Of a stretch of DNA of 34,378 nt, positions 1-8,299 are shown in pieces. This DNA comes from a virus. Its lineage: Duplodnaviria; Caudoviricetes. The DNA lies in the IMG/VR virus record IMGVR_UViG_3300020388_000034, positions 1 through 34,378 of that record. One strand, given 5' to 3'. The translations under genes and the position numbers were made by a program. Each line of letters starts with the position of its first letter. The stretch's first letter is position 1. The notes below the pieces were generated by a model. That model was given only the letters and a program-made list of their open reading frames with translations, made no database searches and had not been told where the DNA came from.

Positions 1-354
1 GGGAATGAAGTCCATCGCTCCTACCGCAGTATCTACTAGCTGGCCTGTGCGATAACCTTCTCTGCCTGCAATATTGCTACCGCCAAAGAAGTCATTTAGA
101 GCTGATCTTGCGGTCTCTCTAAACGCAGGATTAAACGGATTGTATGACGTAGGCGCAGCCATCACGCTCTGATTGGACGGCACAGGAGCCTGCGCTGTTA
201 TGCCTCTGCGGCTCAGCTCCCTTGCGGCTTCCTGTCTGTCCCTCTCATCAACTGGTAAAGGATTCTGCTGTGTGTAGCCAGACAAGCCCTCTACGCTCAT
301 CAATGACGTAGTAGGCTCAGGAATAAACTGGCGCAGAGATGTTTGCTCAGCCAC
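1..354 (-). CDS. N-terminal part of the post-portal PT-TG-like protein (continues at 34378 to 32946 via the terminal overlap)
   Basis: Manual translation: GTG at 354 overlaps the portal stop (GTGGCTGA); open frame MAEQTSLRQFIPEP...QLVDTAVGAMDFIP, in frame with ORF 32946..34310 (MDFAP...). Confidence 0.85.
   Translation of the reverse strand, partial: MAEQTSLRQFIPEPTTSLMSVEGLSGYTQQNPLPVDERDRQEAARELSRRGITAQAPVPSNQSVMAAPTSYNPFNPAFRETARSALNDFFGGSNIAGREGYRTGQLVDTAVGAMDFIP
8..83. repeat. 76-bp terminal direct repeat, left copy (identical to 34303-34378)
   Basis: aagtccatcgctcc...gctaccgc is identical at both ends; bases 1-7 (gggaatg) differ from the bases preceding the right copy. Confidence 0.97.
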
Positions 355-2569
355 TGTTAGCAATCCTCATTAGGTCCACGTCGGACATCATAGCCATCCG
401 GGCCTTGCGCTCCTGCTCATCCATCATATCGGTCATCTGCTCTTGGTTGTCTAGCTGGTCACCAAACGCCTTTATGTTGGTGTGGTCTATCGTAGCACCA
501 GCCTTCTCAGCCTCTACCTGCGCCTTTATGCGATTGGTTTGGGCGTTGAAGACATCAACTTGCGTCTTGGCTTGCTCGGCTACCAGCTCGTTTTGATCGT
601 TCTGGGCTTGCAGCTGTATCCTCAAGGTGTCGTTCTGCACCTTCTGGGCATCTATCTGCGCCTTCATCATGTCAGCCTGAGCCTTCATCTGCTCTGCCTG
701 TGCGAGCACCATAGCCGGATCAGGAGCCTGCTGCTGTCCTTGCGCCTGCATCTTAGCGGCCATCTCTTGCAGCTCTTCCTCGGTCATCTGAGATTGAGGA
801 ATGAGACCTTGCGCGATCATCTGTATCCGCTTGCGCTCTGCGATTTGTGACGCCGCCGGAGTGGAGATGTTCTGCAACAAAAGGTCACCCGCGATCTGCA
901 TCAGGCTCGGATCAGTCTGAGCCAGTGTCGTGATTGCTTCGATGGTCTCCTGCTGACGGTTGCGGAAGCTAGGGCCAGCCCGACAGGTAACGTCATAGGT
1001 TCCAACCTGCAGATCATTGACGGTGACAATCTCGCCTGTGGCGTTGTCGATCACCTTCTGATTGATTGGCACCATATCGTAGGACTCATCCTCTCGGAGT
1101 ATCCTGACCTGACGCTCTGTGTCGTAGACCATCGGTATAGCATCCTTTAGGAGCCTTCCTGTAGCCGCTACCGCAATCTCTAGGCCGCGACTGTACTTCA
1201 TCGTGCTATTGGTCCCACGGTCCTGCAACTGCTTGATAGCAACGCCAGACTGTAGACCGGGATTGTCTCCCATATTCGCAGCGAACATACCAGCCGTCTG
1301 ACCTATGATTGCTCGCATAGACTCAGATATCCGCGCCAGTCCGGGATTGACCTGACTTCCTCCCTGCTGCTGTGGCACGGCAGGTGACTCTGGGTCTACG
1401 TTGTAGAATTGAACCGGATCAGCGTTGGTATTTAAAGTTTGGAGCTGCTTCTCATGCCCTGAAGCCTGAGCCATTGTCATCCAATACTTGGCCCTCGGAG
1501 CAAGCGCACCTTCCTCAATCTCACGGGATACGCTGTAGTTCATCACCCGCTGCGGATCAAGCAGCTTCTCAACTACTCCCCAGTAGATTGTCTTATTCTC
1601 GAATATCTTGAAGTTGGCGTAAGCAGGGACCACTGGGATTCGGCAAAATACGGTCTCTTTCTTGTCCTCAAGGAAGTCCTTCGCATCAAAGAACCTCGAA
1701 CAAACATAGTGCTTCTTGCGGGTCCGGCGCTTTGCCTCTGTCACACCAATGGCTGCTAGATCATCTACAACCTTGTCAAAGTCCTCATTAACCTCGTGCA
1801 CCTGACCGTTGGACATCATGACCAGCTCGCGGTCTTCTGACTCAAGATACAGAAACTCACCAACCACAATGCACTCAGCCTTGTCGTAGTATGCTTCGCC
1901 CTCTCGGTCATCATCTACGCTTTCACCAGAGCCTTCAGGGAATCTGGCCTCGTATTCATCCTTCGCCATTGCGTGAAGCACAAACGCATACCGACTGTCA
2001 GACTTATCTTGATTCTCAGCTGCGGGATCGAACCACACCCGGTCCACGAAGTTACCGACATGCTCAATGGCTAGGTCTTGGTCGAAGCTATTATCATCAA
2101 CGTACTTCTGGACCACGCGCCAGCCATCCATCCCGCCGATCACCATATTGCGAGCGCACTGGGCGTAGGTCGTCTTAGCGTTAGACATCTGCTCAATGTT
2201 GCGGATGATGCCGTCATAGGCAATGGCAAGGTCTTTAGTTGCATCACCTCCAGCTGGAGATACTCGGATGTCGTAGTCGGATTGCTCTATCTCAGAGGCA
2301 ACCTGATCCACTATGGGATTCACCATATCGAACGTATAGCGCGGCTTGGCTTCGTTAGAGTTCCACCAGTAGGGTTCCCACTGACCATCGCGCTTGTCCA
2401 AGAACAAATGAGCTTCTCTGACGCGCTCACGGTTGTCCTTGTCTGCTTGCTGGCACTTATCAAGCAGCTCGATAACGTCCTGATGCTCCTCGTAATCTGC
2501 TTTGTAGGCAAGATCGTCCTCAGTCGCACCGCGATCCTCTAGCTCTTTGCCATCATCATAACTAGCCAT
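347..2569 (-). CDS. Portal protein, P22 gp1-like
   Basis: 740 aa directly after terL; GQW...P.YTFD.V.P motif; Gln/Ala-rich C-terminal coiled coil like the P22 portal barrel. Confidence 0.92.
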   Translation of the reverse strand: MASYDDGKELEDRGATEDDLAYKADYEEHQDVIELLDKCQQADKDNRERVREAHLFLDKRDGQWEPYWWNSNEAKPRYTFDMVNPIVDQVASEIEQSDYDIRVSPAGGDATKDLAIAYDGIIRNIEQMSNAKTTYAQCARNMVIGGMDGWRVVQKYVDDNSFDQDLAIEHVGNFVDRVWFDPAAENQDKSDSRYAFVLHAMAKDEYEARFPEGSGESVDDDREGEAYYDKAECIVVGEFLYLESEDRELVMMSNGQVHEVNEDFDKVVDDLAAIGVTEAKRRTRKKHYVCSRFFDAKDFLEDKKETVFCRIPVVPAYANFKIFENKTIYWGVVEKLLDPQRVMNYSVSREIEEGALAPRAKYWMTMAQASGHEKQLQTLNTNADPVQFYNVDPESPAVPQQQGGSQVNPGLARISESMRAIIGQTAGMFAANMGDNPGLQSGVAIKQLQDRGTNSTMKYSRGLEIAVAATGRLLKDAIPMVYDTERQVRILREDESYDMVPINQKVIDNATGEIVTVNDLQVGTYDVTCRAGPSFRNRQQETIEAITTLAQTDPSLMQIAGDLLLQNISTPAASQIAERKRIQMIAQGLIPQSQMTEEELQEMAAKMQAQGQQQAPDPAMVLAQAEQMKAQADMMKAQIDAQKVQNDTLRIQLQAQNDQNELVAEQAKTQVDVFNAQTNRIKAQVEAEKAGATIDHTNIKAFGDQLDNQEQMTDMMDEQERKARMAMMSDVDLMRIANSG

Positions 2570-3989
2570 AATTCTTCCATCCTGAGAAATTTATCTCTAC
2601 AGGTTTCACATTTTTAAGTTTTGGCGAGTGCATCGACATCATTAAAGCATCGCCCATATTCGGAGAAGGTATTGAATACGGCTTCTTCGCCATTTCTATC
2701 TTGCTCAGTATCTGGATTTTACCAGAGTTTGAGCGCTTCAACGGAATTCTGCAAACCTCAGAGCGCAACTGCTCAATGCTATCAATGTCTGATGACAGGC
2801 TAATCAGCTCTTCTGGATTGATGTACTGGCCCTTCACCACAGCCCGATACGTTGCCTCAAACCTATCCCGTAAAGTCCACCACATTTGGGCACGTTTGTT
2901 AAAGAAGGTTTCTTTATTAGTCTTTGCTCTCTGGCTTCCGCCTAACGTGTATGGCATCTCTGGGTCATAAGGCGACTCGGAACCCTTGAACATGTGATAC
3001 TCCATCTTCTTGCCTTCAAGCGCCTGATCTACTTGTCGCTTGAGGCTTATCCCAAGACCGTCACAGTCCCAGATGAAGTGGTCTGCCTGAGCTGCTACTG
3101 CCTTGTCCAAGGCCCAGTCCATACCCTCATTGGCATCACCTGTTAAGTTTTCACACACATCCAGAATGACGTTGCCGTGGCGCAGTGCGTAACCCTTGCT
3201 GTCACCGCCCTCATCCGACGGGTCATGCGAAGCAAGCAAAGCACCCTCTGGCTTCCATCCAAGCTTCTTATGAGCGTCTATCGCGGCATCAAACCAATCG
3301 GGCTCTATGATACTGTCCTGCACCGTATCTAAGTGCTTACCCTCCCAGATGTGCTCGTACATAGCTCTGGGCAAATTCTGCCGATCATGTATCCGCTCCT
3401 GTTCTAGCGGAGTCTTCACAAACCACGGGTTATCTTCGTAGTTCATTCGGATCACTAGGTGCATATCGTCTTCGTATATGCCATCACGGTTAAGCTGCTT
3501 CTCGAATGGCTTGATAAAGCGCTCAGAGAAAGCATCAGTGCTTGACCGTGGATTACCCGACAGCCATATCTGACTGCCCTGCTCTCGGAGAGTGGGAGTG
3601 AGAGCCTTGAGGCTATCGAATGATATTGTCTGAGCCTCCTCTACCCAGAAAAGGTTGAAGCCGAACATCGACTTAACGGCCTCGACGTTGCGGGCCAAGC
3701 CTCTGAATTTAAAGCTAGGTTCACCGTTGAAGAGTATTTGATTGTTCTGGACCTCAAAGTCCTCAAGCCCGTAGCTCTCTATCTGCGAGGCCAGCAGGCT
3801 GTGTACCGAGTCATCAATAGAGTTCTGAAACTCTCGGAAGGCTCCGATCTTCTGGCCGCGCAGTGCCTTTAGGAGACACAGGGATGCTAGGCCATAGCTT
3901 TTGCCGCTGCCTCTACCGCCGTAGACCACAATGAAGCGTTGTTTAGCCTCAAGCACTGGTAACAGCTTTGGAGCGATCTGCAGATTCAG
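2562..3989 (-). CDS. terL: Terminase large subunit (PBSX/Sf6-type); probable CTG start at 3989 (ORF track starts at GTG 3956)
   Basis: Walker A YGGRGSGKS, Walker B WVEEAQ, SGNP, NYEDNP, HIWEG, nuclease motifs HDPSDEGGD and SPNMGDALMM. Confidence 0.96.
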   Translation of the reverse strand: MNLQIAPKLLPVLEAKQRFIVVYGGRGSGKSYGLASLCLLKALRGQKIGAFREFQNSIDDSVHSLLASQIESYGLEDFEVQNNQILFNGEPSFKFRGLARNVEAVKSMFGFNLFWVEEAQTISFDSLKALTPTLREQGSQIWLSGNPRSSTDAFSERFIKPFEKQLNRDGIYEDDMHLVIRMNYEDNPWFVKTPLEQERIHDRQNLPRAMYEHIWEGKHLDTVQDSIIEPDWFDAAIDAHKKLGWKPEGALLASHDPSDEGGDSKGYALRHGNVILDVCENLTGDANEGMDWALDKAVAAQADHFIWDCDGLGISLKRQVDQALEGKKMEYHMFKGSESPYDPEMPYTLGGSQRAKTNKETFFNKRAQMWWTLRDRFEATYRAVVKGQYINPEELISLSSDIDSIEQLRSEVCRIPLKRSNSGKIQILSKIEMAKKPYSIPSPNMGDALMMSMHSPKLKNVKPVEINFSGWKNYG

Positions 3990-4357
3990 TCTAGGTCTCC
4001 CGGATTCACCACTTCAATGGTAACGTGGTAGTCCTTCTCAATCGGCCTTCCCTCTGGGCCTGATATCTCCTGACGGCTCTTCTCGGTCCATCCCATCCTT
4101 TGAGACAGCCAGAGCTTCATGCTTGGATGATCACCTTCCATAGCCTTGTCATAGAGCTTCTCAACCATAATGATGCCAGCTCTGGTCAGGCCACGCTTAT
4201 AACTATCAGAAACTCTGCTATCCCGCTTCATGATTTCCTTTAACGTGTTGACGCTAATACAGAAATAATCAGCGAGCTGCTGCTGGGTTAATGATGGAGC
4301 AAGCCTTTCTACCTCGGCTACCTCATCATCGGTAAATACTTTCTCTGGTCTGGCCAT
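3986..4357 (-). CDS. terS: Terminase small subunit
   Basis: MARP start, N-terminal HTH (LTQQQLADYFCISVNTL), helical middle, EISGPEGRPI tail; immediately upstream of terL. Confidence 0.85.
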   Translation of the reverse strand: MARPEKVFTDDEVAEVERLAPSLTQQQLADYFCISVNTLKEIMKRDSRVSDSYKRGLTRAGIIMVEKLYDKAMEGDHPSMKLWLSQRMGWTEKSRQEISGPEGRPIEKDYHVTIEVVNPGDLD

Positions 4358-4791
4358 TACAGAAACTCTTGTTGTGTCTCTGGGATAATTGTCTGAGCTA
4401 TGCCAGCCTCAGTTCGATTATGCCTACGGGCCATAGCCTCCATGTAGGCTTTGTGATCTTTGTATTTTATTCGCTCTCCTGATCTCTTTGCGCTTTGGTA
4501 TATCGCAATGAGAAAATCATCATCTTCCTGTGTTTTCTTCAGAAGATAATGCGGATCAGCGTCAAATTCTTTACTGTCTTCAAACAGCGCACTTGCATTT
4601 AGACCTATGGATTCTACCACACTATCACCTTTAGCGCCGCAGGCAAAGCAATACATCAGCAGCTTTCTGTCCTTCACGCTGACGGTCATGCTGGGATTCT
4701 TGTCATCGTGAACCGGGCAACAGGCTATCCAGCTCTCTTCTCCGCGCCGCCTTACCTTGTCCAGACGGTCTAATACTTGGTCATACCACAT
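4357..4791 (-). CDS. Stand-alone primase-type CHC2 zinc-finger protein
   Basis: CCPVHDDKNPS...CFACG motif; no TOPRIM domain; start placed at ATG 4791 after AAGGAGAAACGA. Confidence 0.8.
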   Translation of the reverse strand: MWYDQVLDRLDKVRRRGEESWIACCPVHDDKNPSMTVSVKDRKLLMYCFACGAKGDSVVESIGLNASALFEDSKEFDADPHYLLKKTQEDDDFLIAIYQSAKRSGERIKYKDHKAYMEAMARRHNRTEAGIAQTIIPETQQEFL

Positions 4792-4813
4792 TCGTTTCTC
4801 CTTCTCATAACGC

Positions 4814-4836
4814 ACAAAACCCGCAGTTAAGCGGGT
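4814..4836 (-). terminator. Intrinsic terminator after 4861..5154
   Basis: Minus strand ACCCGC-ttaact-GCGGGT followed by a short T run (TTTGTG). Confidence 0.55.
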
Positions 4837-4860
4837 CTGGGTTTAATTGTGAGTTTTTGA

Positions 4861-5154
4861 TTAGATCAGCTCGACTTCCATTGATTTGATGGGCGAGTGA
4901 CAGATTCTATAACCTGCGGTTTCGCAGTATTTAAGTTGTCTTCCACCTGCTTTATTGTTGTAAGTGCAGTGTTTACCAACATTTCTGTAAGAATTTCCGT
5001 TTACTATCACGGAGTAGACATTTACGACAGGCTTGAAAGCTCCAGCCTTTTTAATGATCTCCTGCGAGCCATCTTCGAGGATTGCAGTGAATTCATACTT
5101 GCCATTCTTAAGTTGTTTAGCCTGTACCGTTTGGATGTTTGCTGGATTAGTCAT
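4861..5154 (-). CDS. Hypothetical protein, moron-like cassette
   Basis: 97-aa ORF with strong RBS (GAGGAGAAAAACGAATG), its own promoter and a downstream terminator. Confidence 0.75.
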   Translation of the reverse strand: MTNPANIQTVQAKQLKNGKYEFTAILEDGSQEIIKKAGAFKPVVNVYSVIVNGNSYRNVGKHCTYNNKAGGRQLKYCETAGYRICHSPIKSMEVELI

Positions 5155-5201
5155 TCGTTTTTCTCCTCAAAGGAGCAGCACCGCGCCGCTCTATGGTTCC
5201 C

Positions 5202-5229
5202 ATTCTACTGGTATCTCACACAGAGTCAA
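5202..5229 (-). promoter_or_regulatory. Sigma70-like promoter for 4861..5154
   Basis: TTGACT-N16-TAGAAT with an A-rich upstream tract. Confidence 0.7.
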
Positions 5230-5258
5230 CACTTTTCTACACTTTTTTCAAAATAATT

Positions 5259-5384
5259 GAAAAGCCCGTAGCGTGGGCCAGTCGGTCAGATCACAAGCTG
5301 GAGTTGCCACGAATTGGCGATTAGGCTTGCTCTGACTGCAGGTGTTTTTTGGGAAGAATCCAACGCACCGCCTGCTGACGCTAC
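5259..5384 (-). ncRNA. Candidate structured RNA (three-stem junction with terminator-like end)
   Basis: Helices GTAGCGT/ACGCTAC; GCAG-GTG-TTGG/CCAA-CAC-CTGC; GTCAGA-GCAAGC-GCCA/TGGC-GCTTGT-TCTGAC; 3' GCCC-N7-GGGC-TTTT. Confidence 0.55.
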
Positions 5385-6922
5385 TTGTCACGCCTATGAG
5401 AGTACCGGATGTTCTCAGACTGAATCCATTTTAGCGCCTCTTTCAGCGGTTCCTTCGCAACAACCTGCCGCAAACCAGAAGGAGAACAGTCCATAGACTC
5501 TTTGTATTTCCAATATGCCCAACCGTGTTTATAATTTTTCTGCTTAGCATATAAGAGCAGTGTGCTGTACCACGCTTGCTTGCCCGTTTTGCTCATCTTT
5601 TCTCTTCTGACTGCTGCTGAGGTCAGTTTTGAAGCTGCTTTCTCAGCCTTCACAAGCATCTCGCCATTGTCCTTCAGCACAGGCACATCGCTAGGCAAAA
5701 CGTGTCCACAAGCCTTGCAGCGCCTGCCTGTCATCGCACTACGGCATACTGGGCAAGGTCGGACTATTGGCTCTCGCTCCTCCTGCTTGGTCTGCTTCTT
5801 CTCATCAAATCTGCGATCACCTGAATCCAACTCATGCGGGATGATGTCCTCCGGGAAGGAGTTAAAATGCTGAAGATTGCCAGCGTGATCAAGCACCGTA
5901 GCCTTCTCCTTGCCGGGATGTATCCGCCAGCACCTTCCGATTCTTTGAATCCACGCAATGCGGCTCTTGGTCTTGTAGGCGTCAATGATGATCTCAATGC
6001 CCGTATCATCAAAGCCTGTGTTGGTCAGCTTGCTATTGACCAGAATCTTGTAATCTCCGCGCTTAAAGTCCTCAAAGATGTAGTTCTGTAACTCCCTGTC
6101 CATATAGCCATCAACGTGTACGGCGATCTCAGAGCCGATCTCAGAGTTGAAACGCTCAACTAGGCTCTTACTGTAGGCTATGGACGGAGCAAAGCACAAA
6201 GCGCGTCTGGTAAGGCCGTTGCTGTGCTTGACGTAATTCTGCACGATATCGCCAGCCAGCGTGTCATCATCCAGCATCTTCTCGCCTAGAGCCTTCGGGT
6301 CATAGTCACTGCCGCCAGTGCTGAGCGCCTTTGTCTTGAGTCCAGAAGCGTCAACTGACCTGCCGACGTAATACTCTGTTTTCGTCAACCATCCGTCACT
6401 TATTAAATCCCTCGGCGTACAAGTGACGATCAGGTCATCGTACAAGCCTTCGGCAGACATAGATTTCGCATACGGCGTGGCGGACAGGCCAATCCACGGT
6501 ATGCCGTTCAAGCGCCTCATAAGCTCTGTCACGCCTTTGTACAGCGTATGGCACTCGTCTACTACCGCAATGTCAAAACCAAAACTCTTACGCCGCAGAG
6601 CCGTCTGGATGCTGACAATTTGAATAGGCTTACTTGGATCATAGCGCGGATCATCACCTTGCATCACGCTATAGCTGGCTCCCAGACTGTCGAACACATC
6701 TGTGGTTTGACTCAACAGCTTCAACCTGTCCACAAAGAACACAGCCCGATAATCTGGGTTGTGCTTGTTCTTCTCCACAGCGTTCATCAAGATATAGGCC
6801 GCAATGTGCGTCTTGCCCATGCTGCACGGCGCTGCTAGCACTGGCCTCTTATGGCCTGACCGCAAGCTGGCGCGGAGTGCGTCAACTGCGGTCTTCTGGT
6901 GTGGCCTTAGCTCAATTGACAC
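5381..6922 (-). CDS. SF2 DExH helicase with C-terminal zinc finger (YejH/RadD-like); start probably GTG 6922 (track: 7036)
   Basis: LRPHQ, APCSMGKT, VDECH, GLSATP, TGFD, QRIGR, LDHAGN, CPVC...CKACG. Confidence 0.92.
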   Translation of the reverse strand: MSIELRPHQKTAVDALRASLRSGHKRPVLAAPCSMGKTHIAAYILMNAVEKNKHNPDYRAVFFVDRLKLLSQTTDVFDSLGASYSVMQGDDPRYDPSKPIQIVSIQTALRRKSFGFDIAVVDECHTLYKGVTELMRRLNGIPWIGLSATPYAKSMSAEGLYDDLIVTCTPRDLISDGWLTKTEYYVGRSVDASGLKTKALSTGGSDYDPKALGEKMLDDDTLAGDIVQNYVKHSNGLTRRALCFAPSIAYSKSLVERFNSEIGSEIAVHVDGYMDRELQNYIFEDFKRGDYKILVNSKLTNTGFDDTGIEIIIDAYKTKSRIAWIQRIGRCWRIHPGKEKATVLDHAGNLQHFNSFPEDIIPHELDSGDRRFDEKKQTKQEEREPIVRPCPVCRSAMTGRRCKACGHVLPSDVPVLKDNGEMLVKAEKAASKLTSAAVRREKMSKTGKQAWYSTLLLYAKQKNYKHGWAYWKYKESMDCSPSGLRQVVAKEPLKEALKWIQSENIRYSHRRDK

Positions 6923-7145
6923 AGGCGCTACCGCATCTATAAGTTGGCTTCCACGGCTCGCAATGCTCAGATCCTGCCGGAATGCCCACATAGTCATGCC
7001 CTGTCGCTTCCCACGCTTTGCGTCCTTCACAAGCATCGCTGTAATAGGGATCTGTCGAGAATATTCCGTTTAACAGCATTATGAGCATAAACATAAACAG
7101 AATTGTGGTGGCCGCTGCGTACAGGCTTTCTTTTACTATCTTCAT
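6912..7145 (-). CDS. Small membrane-anchored hypothetical protein
   Basis: N-terminal hydrophobic helix; TAATG coupling to the upstream gene. Confidence 0.6.
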   Translation of the reverse strand: MKIVKESLYAAATTILFMFMLIMLLNGIFSTDPYYSDACEGRKAWEATGHDYVGIPAGSEHCEPWKPTYRCGSACVN

Positions 7146-7468
7146 TATTGAGCCTCCGCGATCTTCTGAATTTCGTCACGGGTCATTTTATCAACAGCTT
7201 CCTGCATTATCTTGCGAGCAAACTGAGCGCTGTCCAGCGAACCGCTATTCATGAATGACATAAGAGCATTGGTGATTTCTCCAGCGTCAGCGCAAAGATC
7301 GAAAGCCTCATACATCACGTTGTGAGCAGCGTCTGAGTTATCTGGGTGAGTGAGCTGATCCCGAATGTCCTCAAACAATTGTCGATCAAACACATCAAAG
7401 TCAACGTAACCATCAACTGTAGCTCTTCGGATTTCTTCATAAGTTGAAGTTGTAAAGACATCTAACAT
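7145..7468 (-). CDS. Hypothetical acidic protein
   Basis: 107-aa ORF with RBS GGAGAAAAACGAATG. Confidence 0.75.
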   Translation of the reverse strand: MLDVFTTSTYEEIRRATVDGYVDFDVFDRQLFEDIRDQLTHPDNSDAAHNVMYEAFDLCADAGEITNALMSFMNSGSLDSAQFARKIMQEAVDKMTRDEIQKIAEAQ

Positions 7469-7491
7469 TCGTTTTTCTCCGGTTTTTATAA

Positions 7492-7746
7492 TTAACTAAT
7501 CTCTAAACCATTGCGGTCAATGTAAGTGCGTTCAAGCACTTCATGCGTTTCTAAAATTTGGTTTCCAAACATACCACTGAAAGAAATTCTTGGGTCTATC
7601 TTCTTAGCTTTGTTTTGCGCTTTGCGTTTTGTGTCAGCTTGCACTCGCAAAGTAATGTAAGAGCGTCTCTCTGGGTAATCACCATATCCATGCTCTTCAG
7701 TATTGCTGTTGATGTACCTTTCAGCGATCACATAATAAGTTGTCAT
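7492..7746 (-). CDS. Hypothetical early protein
   Basis: Start re-assigned to ATG 7746 after GGAGAAAAACGA; first gene after a near-consensus promoter. Confidence 0.75.
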   Translation of the reverse strand: MTTYYVIAERYINSNTEEHGYGDYPERRSYITLRVQADTKRKAQNKAKKIDPRISFSGMFGNQILETHEVLERTYIDRNGLEIS

Positions 7747-7792
7747 TCGTTTTTCTCCGTTTGTGAGCTGCACCATGCCTCTCAATGATTCT

Positions 7793-7820
7793 ATTATACC
7801 TATATATTACACCTCGTCAA
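7793..7820 (-). promoter_or_regulatory. Strong sigma70-like leftward promoter
   Basis: TTGACG-N16-TATAAT with upstream AAAAGTGTAAAAGATGTG. Confidence 0.8.
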
Positions 7821-7854
7821 CACATCTTTTACACTTTTCTAGGCGAAAATGTCA

Positions 7855-8115
7855 TTTAGAGGCTTTGGGACACCTGTGGTCATATTCAGAGCGTAGTACG
7901 ATACTTCAAAATTGCAGGAACGCCTTCACCAATCCGTGGTAGCCGCGTCTAGCCTCCTTCGTGTCCACAAAACCTGTTTGCCGCCATCTCTTCGCTGATC
8001 TGGCGCGGCCGCCTCTAAAAGCCGTTAAAGTATCGTGTTCCAAGTTATCAGCTCATCGTGAGCATAATCACTGAGTTTCGGTCAGGATTTACCACACCGT
8101 CTTGCGAGCATAATC
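7855..8115 (-). ncRNA. Candidate large structured, pseudoknotted RNA or origin-associated element
   Basis: No ORF of 60 aa or more; long-range complementary pairs 7855-63/8011-19, 7898-7909/8025-36 and 7868-73/7961-66, plus local hairpins. Confidence 0.5.
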
Positions 8116-8132
8116 TAAACCCAAAAATAATG

Positions 8133-8214
8133 CACGGACAAAAACGCATTTTTTTTTTGCGAATTTGTCCGTGACTTTGTGTTAACATTGTGTTGTGCGG
8201 TCATCGTGTTAACA
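8133..8214. promoter_or_regulatory. Inverted repeat around a T10 run plus two TGTTAACA palindromes (possible operator/origin sites)
   Basis: CACGGACAAA (8133-42)/TTTGTCCGTG (8164-73); GTGTTAACA at 8179-87 and 8206-14. Confidence 0.5.
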
Positions 8215-8299
8215 AATAGCACCTTGCACCCGTCAGCAAGCGGATTGTCCTCTATGTGTCCATATCCTGTGTCCGGCTGATCGCACTCCTCTTCACCTG

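Noticed and set aside
339-2970. Numerous plus-strand ORFs opposite portal and terL (and similar ones across the late region)
   Set aside because: Antisense shadows of well-supported genes.
5259-5384. Cloverleaf-like folding suggesting a tRNA
   Set aside because: No TTCRA T-loop in the right position, no D-loop or anticodon arm geometry, and too long; kept only as an unclassified structured RNA.
7908-7945. AAATTGCAGGAA...AATCCGTGG resembles group I intron P/Q elements
   Set aside because: No recognisable R/S (P7) elements downstream and no interrupted gene.
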